Shown: one piece after another, positions 14,593 through 27,495 of the stretch | Layout: each line of letters opens with the position of its first letter | Numbering within the stretch: the stretch's first letter is position 1 | Notes under the pieces: model-generated | Seen by the model: the letters and a program-made list of their open reading frames with translations, nothing else | Databases searched by the model: none | What the model was told of the DNA's origin: nothing | Translations under genes and position numbers: made by a program | Source of the DNA: Takakia lepidozioides | Taxonomy: Eukaryota > Plantae > Bryophyta | DNA length: 64,000 nt | NCBI GenBank assembly: GCA_030704615.1 | Contig: CM060731.1 | Location: 23,064,001-23,128,000, forward strand | Reading direction: 5' to 3'

Positions 14593-17110
14593 TCACACTG
14601 AATCCAGCCAGGCATCAAAGTCGTCTGCTGGAAAGATGGAGACATTTTTCCCGGATTCCCCATACAGTGTATTGCTTTCTACAAGGATAGAAACATTTTT
14701 TCTGGAGTCCCCAAATGAGAGTTTACTATCTTCAGACTTCTCAGAGCTACCCTTTGACTCCCAAGTCTGAACTTTTACGGGATGTTGCTGCAAAAGCCCT
14801 TCAGATGAGGACTCCTGGAATCTCATGTCAGATTGAACAGGTTCACTGGTCCTAAGTGTTGATTCTCTTAGTACAGGCCTAGAAGGTACAGCCAAGTTAG
14901 GCTTAGGGACATCAAGCATATCTAGTAAGGCATCCAGCTCAGCCTCCGCTGTCTGTGCCTCAAACTTTGTCATCCCAGATTGGTGGGAAGAGCCTTCACC
15001 TGCATTCTTTGGCTCCTCCCATTCAGCTTGTGAAGGGAAAGCACTGCCATTTGGAGAAACCAAACTGTCTACTGCATGGAATGTACTACTGGGAAGCGAA
15101 GTCTGTTGGGCTGTCACAGCAAAAAAAATTTCAGCTTTTGGGTGTGCCCACCCACTAGACAAGGGTAAAGGAAGGATGTCTACTGTGGAAGGTGTGCAGG
15201 TAAGGGAAGCCTCTGGTATATTAACAGAAGGTTTTCTGGGAGCCACAAGAAGAGCTCCAGAATCTTCATCAACAGTGGCCTGTAGATCACTCTTGGAATT
15301 CTTTGTCCCATTCATGTCTCTTTCAACGATGTCCTGCAAAAGTATACTTCCAACTGAGTAACCAGACACAAGGTAAAAACAGGACCCTATGACTACATTG
15401 GGAAATACTGTTCCAATCTACTCCTCATCAAAAAGATAAAGCAGGAACATTCTGGGAAGAGACTGCTGCAGCATCCCAGGTGGTGGCTTCAAAGCAAAGC
15501 CCTCGTGGGCAGCCCTACTCTAAGCAAGTAGCAGCTCTCAACGCCACAGTAAAAAAAGCCAGCAGTCATCTCCGACACATGATTAGCTATTGGAATGGAA
15601 GGAAGAAAAGAGTCCACTATTCAACCAGACAAATGCAGGACAATGTACAAGCGGATCTTACCACTTGGGTGGCCAGCACCTCATCCTCAAGAAATAGCCT
15701 CTGCGAAAGCTTCAAATTGGCTAGGCTTTTACCCAACATTTTCAAATCCAGGGACAAAAGTGCTGCCTGCAGCAAAACCTATTAGTTTAGAAACCCAGCT
15801 ATCCCTGAAGTAACACCGTGTGCACTAATAGTGGGTTCTTTCTCCTAATCTCTTTGTCATTGTTCTCTCAGTATGACAGATGAGCACACAATTTGGATGT
15901 AAGGTACAATGCTCAACCACAAACGTTAACCACAACCAGAAACAAGGCAATGGAAGGTTTAGCAAATGAATTTGGGATAGGGGAGAGCCTCCAAAGAGAA
16001 CAAGGAACATGGCAGGAAGAACCATGCTAATGCTACAACAAGGCTGGAAGGTAGGGCACACCGCTTCACTAGCTGCTTGTCCCTTGATAGATTCTTCTAA
16101 GCCCATAGCATCCCAAACAAGAAAGTCAAGTCCATTCGCAGCCATTACAGACCCCAGACCGCCAAGTTCTGCACCCAACATTCAGAGAGTGTTTCCATTG
16201 TAAAATGCAATTGTGCTGGTGAACTGAGACTACAATCTACTGGACAAACATATCCGACGTTTGCTTACTTTCCAGACTTGTAAAAGCATGCTAGCACTTG
16301 CTTCATACAACCAGACAGTCGTGAAGGAGACATTCAAAATAACACAACTAATGGCAACTGACACAAAGGCAGAGAGCATAAGGAAACCCTGACTTCAATC
16401 ATCAAAGCGAAGGAATAGTTAGTAACCTGGCTTTTACCAGGTAAATCGTGATACAAAGGAATGACATCTTGAGTCAGAAGATTGTTGTAGTCAGCCCCCT
16501 TGCTCTTCACCCGGGCGTTGATCTCTTGCCCATGTTCCACATGAAAAGCAGCCTCCTCTGCATCACCGTCCGACAGAGGTAATTCTCCGTAGTAATCCCG
16601 ATTTGAGGGCAGGCGCTCCTCAGCAAACCCCGCTGAGTCACTAGCTTCTGCAGCCGCACCATCCTGGCTGCTAGACAGAAATCCCATCGTTACTTTGACA
16701 CATCCCTCTCTTCATTACAATCCAACAGCCAACGGAGTTGGTGAAATCCACGATCGATTTTCTCTATGATCCTCAAAGGGCTGCTGGACATAACTTCAAG
16801 AGCATTCCAAATTTATAACAGCATAACCTTATGACCTGACAGGCAAACCCGAATCTCCTTCATAAAATCGCATGCCCAACAAACCTAAGATCCATACGAC
16901 ATCCCTTCTCAGCAACAGTACAAGAAGCAACCTCGATGACAATCGATGATCCCAAATGGGTTCCAAGGGTTGGAAAACTACACGCTACCTGCGTGCGGTT
17001 GGAGGAGGGCGCTTGGTGTGAGAAAAGCGGGCCCGAGAACGCTGAGATGCTGCCCGCTTCGCCCGAGCCATGGCTTTGGCATTGCCAGCCCGATTTAGGA
17101 CTGCCTCCAT
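14593..17110 (-). CDS. ECERIFERUM16/Aven-like protein (5 exons)
   Basis: Approximate exons 17110-16989 (MEAVLNRAGNAKAMARAKRA), 16667-16438 (LPSNRDYY; KSKGADY), 16168-16062, 15766-15662 (LLSLDL...LSQRLFLE), 15333-14593 (FEAQTAEAELDALLD; C-terminal FDAWLDSV). These match recalled CER16-family motifs (LPSNWDRY, AEAELDMLL, WLDSI). Splice phases are consistent. Confidence 0.72.
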
Positions 17111-17553
17111 CTCTCCACCTCTGTCAGTAGCAAACAGACTCTATGTATGAATCAAAAATCTGCCTTGCATTCCTTCAGAGAACCTTGCACAAGACCGCAC
17201 CCACATTCCGTCGCTGTGCTCCCCAAAACCCCCGAGCGTGAAACACCTTACCCACTAGATCATAACAGTAACAGCATATTCTTTAGAATATGCTCTCATG
17301 AGCTACCCCATCCGTCTGTTCTCGAGTGAGACAAAGGCACATCTCCATCCATTCACGTCCATCTGCCCCCCACTCGAAGGCCAGAAACGTGTTCCGTTCG
17401 TGCAAGGAGGCCGGCTTCGTGGTAGGTCTTAGCGTTCCCTCACTTGTGAGTGTTTTGTGAGTGTTTGAGAGCGAGAGAGAAAGAGACAGAGATTGAACAG
17501 GGAGGTGCTGTGGGAGCAGCTTGTAGTTGTACTTGTGCGGCAGGCAGGCAGCC
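17111..17553. promoter_or_regulatory. compact bidirectional promoter / 5' UTR region between the CER16-like gene and SF3A3
   Basis: Divergent start codons are only ~440 bp apart; GA-rich tract at ~17467-17492. Confidence 0.55.
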
Positions 17554-20500
17554 ATGAGCTCGACACTGTTGGAGCAGACGCGGTCAGCGCATGAGGAAAT
17601 GGAGAGGTTGGAGCGGTGCGTAGTGCAGGAGCTGCAGCGCGAAACTAAATCTCACAAGGAGCGCTTGCATCAGAACCACCGCGTTAACAACATGATCCAC
17701 GGGACTCTATCCTCGGCTGCCAAGCTCGTCAGTTTCCTTCCCTTTTTCCCGTTCACCATCGTCAACATTTCGTCTTGTTTTCTGTGTCCCATTTTCTTCT
17801 TCTGTCTGCAAGCGGTATATTCAAGTTGGATTTTTTTGTGTGGGAATTTATCATAGTGTTTCTCAATTAGCAGTGAATTGAGATTTATCTAGGGTTTTAC
17901 AAGCAAGATTTCAAGACCTGTCATGCACAACATCATGTACCTCGTGAAACCGGGGTACTGGTATGGCGAAGGAAGGAGTACCACGGCATTGTTTGCCAGA
18001 GAACTGTATTTTGTAATCCATGAATGTGGACTCCGTCATGTGCAGGTGGAAATATATGAAGACAAGGACAGTGCGCGAAGGGATGAAATCGCAGCTCTTG
18101 GACAGGGTGAAAGGCACATGTTCACTGCCTTCTATGACCGGTTAAAAGAGGTAGGTATTTTTTCTCCTCTCTGCCTGCTTCTCTTCTGTACATTTATGAT
18201 TCTCAAGGGTTCCTGGTTGGTGTGGCTCTCTTACCTGGAGTGAGTTGCCTGTTGGCTACGACAGTTAGCTGGGATTAAGTGCAGTGGGTGCAAGTGTTTG
18301 TGGCAATCCGGGGAGTGTGAAAATTATGTGGCGTCTGCCTGCAGATACGCGACTACCACCGGCGCCATATTAATGCCCGTACACTGGATGTTACTGATGA
18401 CCCTGAGGAGCTTCTCAAGGAAGAGCCTTACATTGAATTTAGTGGAGAGGTGCATCCCTCCTCCTCTCCTCTTTCTCTCTTTGTCCCCACATTTCTCTAT
18501 GTTATCCTCATTTAGTCTGCAGGATCATTTGTTAATGATAGTGCATTTCAAGTACCGTCTTGACATATTATGAGAATGCTTTACAAGTAGAGGCTAAAGA
18601 TCTCGTAGAGTGTACAAAGTGAATCATGTGCACGCATGGTACTTGAGAAGATGAAAACAGATGCCGCAGTCTGTCTTTAGGGAGATTGGCAAGCTATAGC
18701 TCTTCCTTTCTATTCAGCGTGACAGGATCATATTATTGAGCCCACCCCTTGAGTTTCTTTCTGACTATAGTGATATGTAGGGCCTACATAAGCATTCTTA
18801 GGTCTATTTTTGTGAAGATGGAAGCTACAGACTTTTCTTTCAGTGGGGAGCACTCTGAGAAGCTCATAAGCTAGGGTTGGGGGGTGTCCAGGAAGCGTAT
18901 GGGAGGTACCTGGACATGCATGAGTTGTACAATCGCTTTCTGAACTCGAAGTTTGGGCATCCCATGGAATATTCCGCCTTTCTTGAGGAGTTCTCTCAGA
19001 CACACAAAGTCACACGCAATCACAAGCTCTTAAAGTATGGGGGTAAAATTTCTGCTGTTTTTATGATTTTCTTGAGGACCAAGCTGTAGAATTACATTAT
19101 AGATTTGGGGTTTCTAGTTACATTTGTGCTGCTGGTGAGTTCCTGCTTCTATTATTTTAATGCAAAGTAGTTGCATGTGAGCAAGTGGGATTATTGGACA
19201 TGGGTGGGGTGCAGGCAATATCGGGAATATCTGGCGGCAATGATTGAATACTTGCTGTCCTTCTTCGAACGAACACAACCTCTACAGGATGTTGACAAGA
19301 TATTCACTAAGGTAGGGAATTCCTGTCTGCAGTGCTGATTCCTTGTGCAAGGGTCAATATTAGTTTTCAGTTTCTTGCAAACATGTGACTCATAATGGAT
19401 TGGTGTGCTTGCAGGTGGAGAAAGAGTTTGAGGAGCGGTGGGAGGCAGGAACAGTGCAAGGGTGGGAAGATAAGGGACTTGGAAATGGACAGTCAACTGT
19501 CATCACACAGGAAGCACTAGTGGACGTGGATGACTATGACACTGTTGATGAGCTGATTGATCTCGGCCCTGAGCGACTCAAAGAGGTTGGTCTTTTTCTA
19601 TTCAACCAACCCTTTTGTGAATGTGGTATACACAGGTTGTGGCGTGCCCTCATCCCAAACTCAACCATCTCATCCTCTCTTGGGATGTCCATACGTGTAA
19701 ATTTCAAGTCCGTCATCAGATTTTCCATCACAAGTCCTTGCAGCAGCATTCTTTCAGGAAGGAAAGGGGTTCTCGGATCACGAGCAATGACCTGGGGTAA
19801 GCTGTGAACAGGCACTCGCTGCATTGGGATTGAAAACAGGTGGTACAGTGCAACAACGTGCAGAAAGACTGCTCCTTACTAAGGTTGGTGTTAAATGCAA
19901 GCCCCTTTGTCCTATATTTAATGAACCCCAGTGGGCAGTAATTAGCATAGTTTGTGGAGGGAGGGGTCCGCATATTGTGTAGTTGCTGATAATGTTGACG
20001 TGTTGGTCTCATTTTGACAGCTCTGTTTGAGTTTAGCTATCAGTAGCATCTCTCTCTCTCAACCCCAGCATCTTTGTTTCTTGACACCCCATAAGGAATC
20101 CTTCTGATGGCCTAGGCATCCTGGCAATCAATCGTGTGGTTGCAGTCTTACGAACTTTAGTTGTGCAAGCTTTGTCATTCCAAGGAATGCTTGACAGCAA
20201 GATGTTTGTGGATTGAGTGCTTAGTGTGTGGGGTTGTTGCAGTGGACACCATTGGAAGAACTGGACCGCAAGCATTTTCCAAAGGGGTATCAGTTACCAA
20301 ACCAGAAGAAGTCAGATGCAGAGATTGCTCAGCAGGTGGCCACATCCAAGGATGTAGCGCTGGCAGAGGTCAAGATGCAGCGCCTCTGTGAACTCCTGCA
20401 AGAGGTATTCTGTCTTGTCTGGTGATCACTGTTTGAATGCAGATGTGAACTGCAGGCAGTCGTCTCAAAATGTGTTTAGTTGGACTGGTCGTCTCATGGC

Positions 20501-22181
20501 ACATGTTCTGGCAGGTGCTGAGCTCATCGGATAAACTCCTTGATTCTGGGTGCCACATATTTCTAAGACTTCATGCTTGTTCGGAAATGAGAGTCATGAT
20601 GATGTGCATCTGAGGGGTTGCATCGGTTGCAGGCTATTGAAGAAACGAAGGCTCACGTGGAGAAAAAGCAAGCTCTGACTTATGAAGAAATGGAAGCGGA
20701 GCGTGAGGAGGTACCCTTACTTTAGCTTGTACTCAAATACTAGGTGTCTTGTATCCTCTTCTCTTCTTGCCTCAAATCTCTCTCTCTGCAAGGCTGTCAC
20801 AGTTTCTGTAAGTGAATGCCAAGTTGACAGCAATCATCAGGGCTTCTTGGTGAAATAGACCCCGTTTTGACCATCTTACTATCTAGGAGATATAAGCTAC
20901 CAGGATTGCCACTGGGGTTGCTAAGCCATGGCCAACAAAGTCAATAGGTTAGTAACCCCCAAGGCTTTGGCAAGTGGACTCTAATCATTGTTCATCGCTC
21001 ATATGGATGACCACAACAGGCTTGGAGGTTGGATCTTCAGGCAATATGATAGCAATAATGTGGCTAGCCTCCATACTATTGGGACCAATCAGTCAATCTT
21101 TGTCTTGTAGGAACACGATAAGCTGATGTGGGTGGTTTTTGATACAGGAGGAAGTTGCTGCAGAGAGTGAGAGTGAGGACGAAGAGCAGGCCATCTATAA
21201 CCCTCTAAAGCTACCAATGGGGTGGGATGGCAAGCCCATCCCTTACTGGCTCTATAAACTTCATGGCCTTGGCCAGGTGCTTGTGCCCTGTCATTATCTC
21301 TTGTGCATAGTCATCATGCTTTTAAGCTTGACAGTTTTGCTATGGTTGCAAGCCACTGAACAGGACATAGTATCTAGAGCAGAGTTGGAACATGTTTGCA
21401 AAGGTGCAATATAGTTAGAAGTCTCATTAATTCAAGTACCTAAATGGTAGAGCCCATGGAAACCAGGTGTAGCCGACATGTTCTTTCTGCTGTCCTCCAG
21501 GACGTTGGTGTACGTGGAATCCACCCAAGCATTGGTGTGTCTGCACGAGTTTAGAAAGACTGCCTTAGAGAGCATTATATTGTGTGCGCCGACTAGCAAT
21601 AAAGTGCTGATTAATTGGTCAGTAACGGAATTTGGTGGCTGGAGGGCTTGCAGGAGTTCAAATGTGAGATATGTGGGAATTACAGCTATTGGGGTCGGAG
21701 GGCTTTTGAGCGACATTTCAAGGAGTGGCGGCATCAGCATGGCATGCGCTGTTTGGGCATTCCTAACACCAAGAATTTTCATGAGATTACATCCATCAAG
21801 GTAATCTCTGCTTTGGCTGCATCTCGTTTGTCTGCAATGTAGTGCTTGATTATACTGGTCATTAGTGCTATGTGAAAAATCATCATATGACCAGAAAAGA
21901 GTGAAATACTTTCCTTGCTTTTGGCACCAAAGCTTTGAACTTAGTCAGCGGAGGCTAACATCTGGCGGTTTAGTGAATCCAGCGCCTGTAGTTTGATGGC
22001 TTGTGGATCAATTGACATGGGTTGTGGGACACAGGATGCAAAAGCCTTGTGGGAGAGAATACAGGAAAGACAAGGTGTGAACAAGTGGCGTCCTGACTTG
22101 GAGGAAGAATATGAGGATCATGATGGGAATGTGTATAACAAAAAGACTTTTGCCGATTTGCAACGGCAAGGCCTAATATGA
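17554..22181 (+). CDS. SF3A3: splicing factor 3A subunit 3 (SF3a60/PRP9/ATROPOS), about 12 exons
   Basis: N-terminus [20 protein letters not shown]; [13 protein letters not shown]; SAP-like [28 protein letters not shown]; [26 protein letters not shown]; matrin-type zinc finger [37 protein letters not shown]; C-terminus DLQRQGLI*. Confidence 0.95.
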
Positions 22182-23030
22182 GTTTTGAGTTACTCTCTAT
22201 AGGATACCTTAGCTTCATAAATGGGTATCTGTTCTCCACCCATTTTTGTACTTTATCTGCATGGTGCATGATGTCATGGCATTTTGCATTTCAAATGTGC
22301 TGCATGTTTCCATGGCATCTCGGCGCAAGCACGGTTATGCAGCCAAAGTTTTGTTTAAGAAGTAGCCGAGGCACAGGTTGCACTTAAAGTCATTACATCT
22401 CATCAACCTCTTAAATCTAGCTTCGGCAGGTCCACCCTCCCCAGAACACCTTGCCAGATTATACCACAACCTCCTTCATGGAAAAGTTGTATTGAGTGAC
22501 CCAACAACTCCATGAAGTTGGTCATAAATTGATTGAGTGCAAGAAGATGGCTGAAAGACTGCTGAAAGTTGCAGTTAACTCTTTTATCTTGAATACAAGT
22601 GAGGGTTTCTTCTTGGTTCCGCATTACTGATTATCATTTGGTTTGTTAAGACGTTTTGAGTATGACATGGAATTGCAGCCATGATACTCTTCATGGTTGA
22701 GGTGGGCTGAGGGATCCATTTCTTTTGCCAGTTCTGAAAAGATGTGACACTGGAAGGCTGGCTTCAGTATTTTAGTGTCAAGCAAATCCGCAGCTGGCTC
22801 ATGTGTAGAGTACTTTGCAACACTTAATCGTTGTCAACCTTTCTGATTTTGATATAATTCTCAAATCCTCCAACTCTAGTAATCTAGTAATCTAGTAATC
22901 CAGGCTTGGAATCATAACCAGTAGTGCAGTGTCAGTGAGCTTGTATTTCTGCTTGGAAAGCTTGCTATGAGACAAGCCTGAGTCTTTCATGTCTTTCCCT
23001 CCCTTTTTCGTTTTCTTTCTCTCTCGGCTC

Positions 23031-26000
23031 TGTAAATTCACTGGACGTTCAAGAAACTTTATCTTCTCTCTCGTAACACCCTTTGCTATTGCGCTCGGTC
23101 TTTTGACCACATCTCCCAAGTGTGAATATCAGGGCATCATGACAGTCAGCCCTTCCGCTAAAACCTTCCGGTGTTGTGGAGCGCCAGGTGTGGGATCTTC
23201 CGCTTGTAGTACCACCTTCCGCTACAACCTTCCAGAACAGAGTGCCTATGAAGCGCCTCGTGTAAAACCTTCCGGTGCAGCAACACCTTCCGCAACAATG
23301 TTCCGTTGCAGAGGCAAGCTTAGCGACATGTGGGCCAATCAGGCACCACATCGGAGTGCCCCCGACCACGGGCATTCACAGGCAGTCGATACTGCCCTCG
23401 GGCGGGTACCTCCCGTCCGTGAATGCCCCTGGCCAATGCCCTGGGCCAGGGGCATTCCTCCTCCGTAAGTCACGCTCGTCAGATTCGTCAGCGGCCCTCC
23501 CGCGCAATAGCGCTGGGACTCCAATATGGCCTCCTCGAAATATCAACGGTTGGTAGTGAGGAAGAAGACATGCCTATACATGACGTGTCTGAAAACTTGC
23601 GTCAAGCATTAGACTCATCTCCCCTTCTTCTTCATGCATTGAACTCTCAACATGCGAGTGCATCCTTGCGCCGCCACACCACGAGGAATTGGGACATTCA
23701 ACAGCTTCGGGAGCAGTTTGCTCTCATCCAAGCACATTCCCTATCCGAGGAGACACTGCAGCAATATGTTGCAGTTCGTGACAAGGACATGGAACACCTA
23801 CGAACTGAGATGAACCGCTTGTAGGCAGCTCTTATATTAGACTGCAATACCAAAGCAGATAGTCTACTGAAACACGTCATCACGACATCTCTCCAAACTT
23901 GAAGGTGAAGTGAGATCCCTAGCTAATAGAGGGGACCTCTCAGCTCACTTGGCTGCATTGGAAAAATCACTCAACACCTTGAAGATAGACATGGATAAGG
24001 CATTCCAATAAAAGCTTGGGCCTCTGGAACAAATCTTGCACAACCGTGCTTATGAGATGCCCATCCCGACGAATATCCATTAGCAGATGCTCACCCTCAT
24101 AAAATAGCTGAAAGCAGTTACTTCTTCTATGGCTAACGAGCTAAAGGATCGTAAGGCAGAGGCTTCTCCTCATGGGCAAATATTGTCAAAGGCCATACTA
24201 GAGTGACCAATACAAGTTGGAAAAAACAGTTTCAGCCACCTTACTTGAGGAGCAGCAATGGGCTTTCGAACATCTGTGTCATCGGTCAACTAGGTGCCCT
24301 TGCGGAGGAAGAACCTCTTGACGCGACCACCATCACCCTCATTCAACAAAACCTTGGGGAGCGAGTGGCATTGAACAAGCTTGACGCGCAGGAACTCTCG
24401 AACACAAAAATTTGTTCATAAGATTCAAAGATAAAGGTGCTCGGGATAGGGATTTTAGACAAAGGCCTCAATTGAGAGGACAGAGATCGTACCTCAATGA
24501 CGATCTGACGCCTATGCAATGCAATGCTATGCGGGCTCAACTCTCTAAAGTCAAGGAGGCTCGGGCACAAGGGAAATATGTTGTCTACAGAGATGGGAGG
24601 GTCATCATTCGACAGCAACCCCGCCGCTCTCCTAAATACTAAATAGGGATATGGGACCCATGAGACCCCTTGGCACTCACATCTAAACATCGGCTCATTG
24701 AAGTGCAATGGCTCACTATGGAGCCATTCGCAAGGGCTCTTTCATATCCTCTCACATTGTGATGTCATTTTTCTCTCTGAAACACATGCATATGAAGGAA
24801 AATATCCTCCTTCTATTCTTGGATATAGTTATCAAATAGTGACTCGCCCACGCACAGGTCTCAAAAGTTCTGGTGGAGTGACTTGTTAGGCTTTTATCCT
24901 ACATTATATTTCTTTCCCTTACAGGATCCACTGATTGTGTTTTTTTGCCACAATCTTCTGTCTTTCTTCAACGCCACCTTCACATATATATTTGAAGACT
25001 TCTCCAAAGACTATGACCTGCAGGTCAACCATAGCAAAAGTAAGATCATGGTTTCCAATGCAGGCCATGTGGATCGCAAGTTCCATTATAATCAACATGT
25101 CATTGAGGGTGTCAGTTGTCAAATCCTATATTACATACATAGTTATGAAGGTGTAGTGTCATGAAGGTGTCCACCTTTCAGCTGGAAGGGAGTAGCCCTT
25201 GTGGTGAAGATACACCATAAGTTACGCTCCCTTCGGGAGGCGTCATACTTTTACATACATAGTTATATTCCACCCACCCACCATTCTCGGGGTTAATACT
25301 CCTTATATATACTTCTGTAGGTGTCGGCGGGGGTCTCACAAACATCACATGTTTTTTTTGGTGAACCACCACGGTGTCTCTAGCTAGAATCCTTGTGATG
25401 AGTCGCGGTGAGTCATATCCCCCCCCCCCCCCCCCCAACTACGACCACCCCACTCGGAGCCCCAACCGCAACTCGGGTTGCGGGGTTCCACCTAGTGAGC
25501 GCGTCCGCTCTCTTGAGTGCCTTTGGCACTTAAGGGTCGTTTAGCCCTTTACTGCCACTGCTGCCTCCACCACAGGGGCAGCCCCTTTGTTGTCCCGACC
25601 CCCTCGCGACAACTGCTGCCCCCACCATAGGGACACTCAATCTTGTGTCCCCACCCCTTGCCCTCAAGGCAAAGGGCCGCAACACCTACGCCATCCGCCA
25701 ACCAAAAAATGGCCGCTTTTTGATACCGTTGTCACCCCAGCCGCCACTTATGGCTATGAATTCTAGACACATGGTGTCCCAGTTTCCTGGTAGGAGAAAA
25801 ATTAGTAGAGTTGTAGTCATCTTTCCTCCAAACAATGTTTGGTGCTCGGTTTATAACTCCATTACACATTCTATGTGCGGAGTTTGCATGCGTGCCCCTT
25901 CAAATTGAAACCATCTTCCTGGTTAGAATCTTTCTTAAGAGGTTACAAGTCCTAAACCCTACATTGTCACTGCTAGGCCCTCCAAAACATCTATTAGGTC

Positions 26001-26600
26001 CATACATTAGGTTTTAAGCGCCCTTCTTGGTATGCTCGGGTGTGCAGTTTTTTTAAGCGCAATGGATTCTCTATTACTTCCCTATTGCCACAAAATATAG
26101 AAGGGGTACTAGATCACATATTCCAAACACGATCTCAACAGACTCATTAGAAGAGAATTTATGGAACTCCATGTCCGGCGAACATGGAAGCTGACCATTC
26201 TAACAACAGAAATCCATTTCTACCAAGAGACATTCCTAGTTCTAGAATCTTGCTACCTAATTACTTATTTGCACCTTTATCTCCCCCCTCTTTTGAGGAC
26301 ATTGGAACGATTCAAGGTGGGCCCCCACACTGATAGATGGAAAACTTGCAACAAGAAGACCGCATATGCCTAGCTTCCACTGGGCCTAACCGTTGCATTG
26401 AAACTGAATATCACTTAATTTTTTATGTTGTCTTCTTTACCATGAGATCCGTGGCAGATTCTAATGTCTATGTCATGACAACCGAGTCTCTCACTCACGT
26501 CTTCCAATATGATAATCATAAAGCTTTGACCCTTAGATGATCCTTTGAGCAACAGTTGCTTTTGGGTTGCTTCTGGCTTCGCTTTCAGTCTTTTAGTTTT
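23031..26600 (+). mobile_element. decayed non-LTR retrotransposon (LINE; RTEX/L2/CR1-like architecture), internally deleted
   Basis: Fragments in canonical order: ORF1 coiled coil (~23500-24050) and ORF1 C-terminus (IRFKD...LRGQRSYLNDDLTPMQ...KEARAQGK, 24412-24642); APE endonuclease start (CNG...DVIFLSETH...SGGV, 24698-24889); RT end (LQVNHSKSKIMV, ~25000-25115); post-RT LFDTVVTPAATYGYEF (~25715-25765); ORF2 C-terminus RFKVGPH...EDRIC...IETEYH (26300-26420). Many stops and frameshifts. Confidence 0.75.
25117..25684 (-). mobile_element. solo/partial LTR related to the chromovirus LTR, inserted antisense into the LINE
   Basis: Reverse complement starts TGTTGCGGCCCTTTGCCTTGAGGGCA, like the LTR at 43202. 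It shares sequence through the TATA region (ctacagaagtatata...aaccccgagaa) and ends ...TTTGACA. No TSD found; adjacent LINE sequence appears deleted. Confidence 0.75.
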
Positions 26601-27420
26601 TTTTTCTTTTTTGCTTCCATTTTGTCCCATAAGCTCTTTGAGCTTTCTGTGGATGTTATGAGGTTCTCTCTGTTTCTCTCTCTCTAAACTTGAGAAGGGT
26701 TTTTCCTATAACTTTATCATACCTTATGGATGATTTTGACCTGCCCAAGGTTACACTAAAATGTACATACATATTTCAAATGCAGAAATCGTCCTTTCGG
26801 TGACTAATTTGACAAAATGAGACATATTTATCACTTAAATTCTAATGTTAGTTTAAAATTAGGGGTTTGGTAGCCATAAGCCTACAAAGTGTACTTATTT
26901 ACAGCATGTAGGCTTGGTATCTCAAACAGGAAGTGACACTTTGTTTTTATTTTACTCTTACATTTCCATTTTTTGTGTGTAAGTGGATACTTATGATGGC
27001 AACGGCTGGTCTCCCTCAAATTTATAAGATGTTTTGTTATTTTACACGCTTGTTCTAACTCTAAAATCCTTATACATGCTTTTGAAATGCATGTTGGAAA
27101 GCTCTAGCACACATGAAGGCATGCCACTCACCTCACATATTCGCATTCATGATGTGGTTGTTTTTGGGACGGGCACAAGTGAGGATACTTCACCTTTCAT
27201 GGATTTCTAAAAGCTTGGAATGAAACGTAATACAAGTGTTTTGGAGTATGTAAGGGAAAATACTTGACTCCTATGGCAATCAGTATCAAATGGGTATATT
27301 ATTGTGTTTTCCTTGGTGTTTTGTCAAGGAAAGGAATAAGATGTTTGAGCTTATCCAACTCTTTGGTGTTTGTCTAGTTTTGTGGAACCGAATTCTCGTA
27401 GTCAACTTATAGCACCATGG

Positions 27421-27495
27421 ACTTCTCTCCTTTGCAAACTACTTGATGATTTGTCTTCTCTAGGTAACACCTCCCTCAGATAACATCTCTCTTAT
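27421..27495. repeat. ~75-bp dispersed repeat, second copy at ~52461-52536
   Basis: ctctcctttg...aggtaacacctccctcag(a/g)taacatctctc shared by both loci. Confidence 0.7.

Noticed and set aside
14018-14596. 192-aa minus-strand ORF abutting the CER16-like stop codon
   Set aside because: No recognisable motif and it lies in the expected 3' UTR; probably a chance ORF
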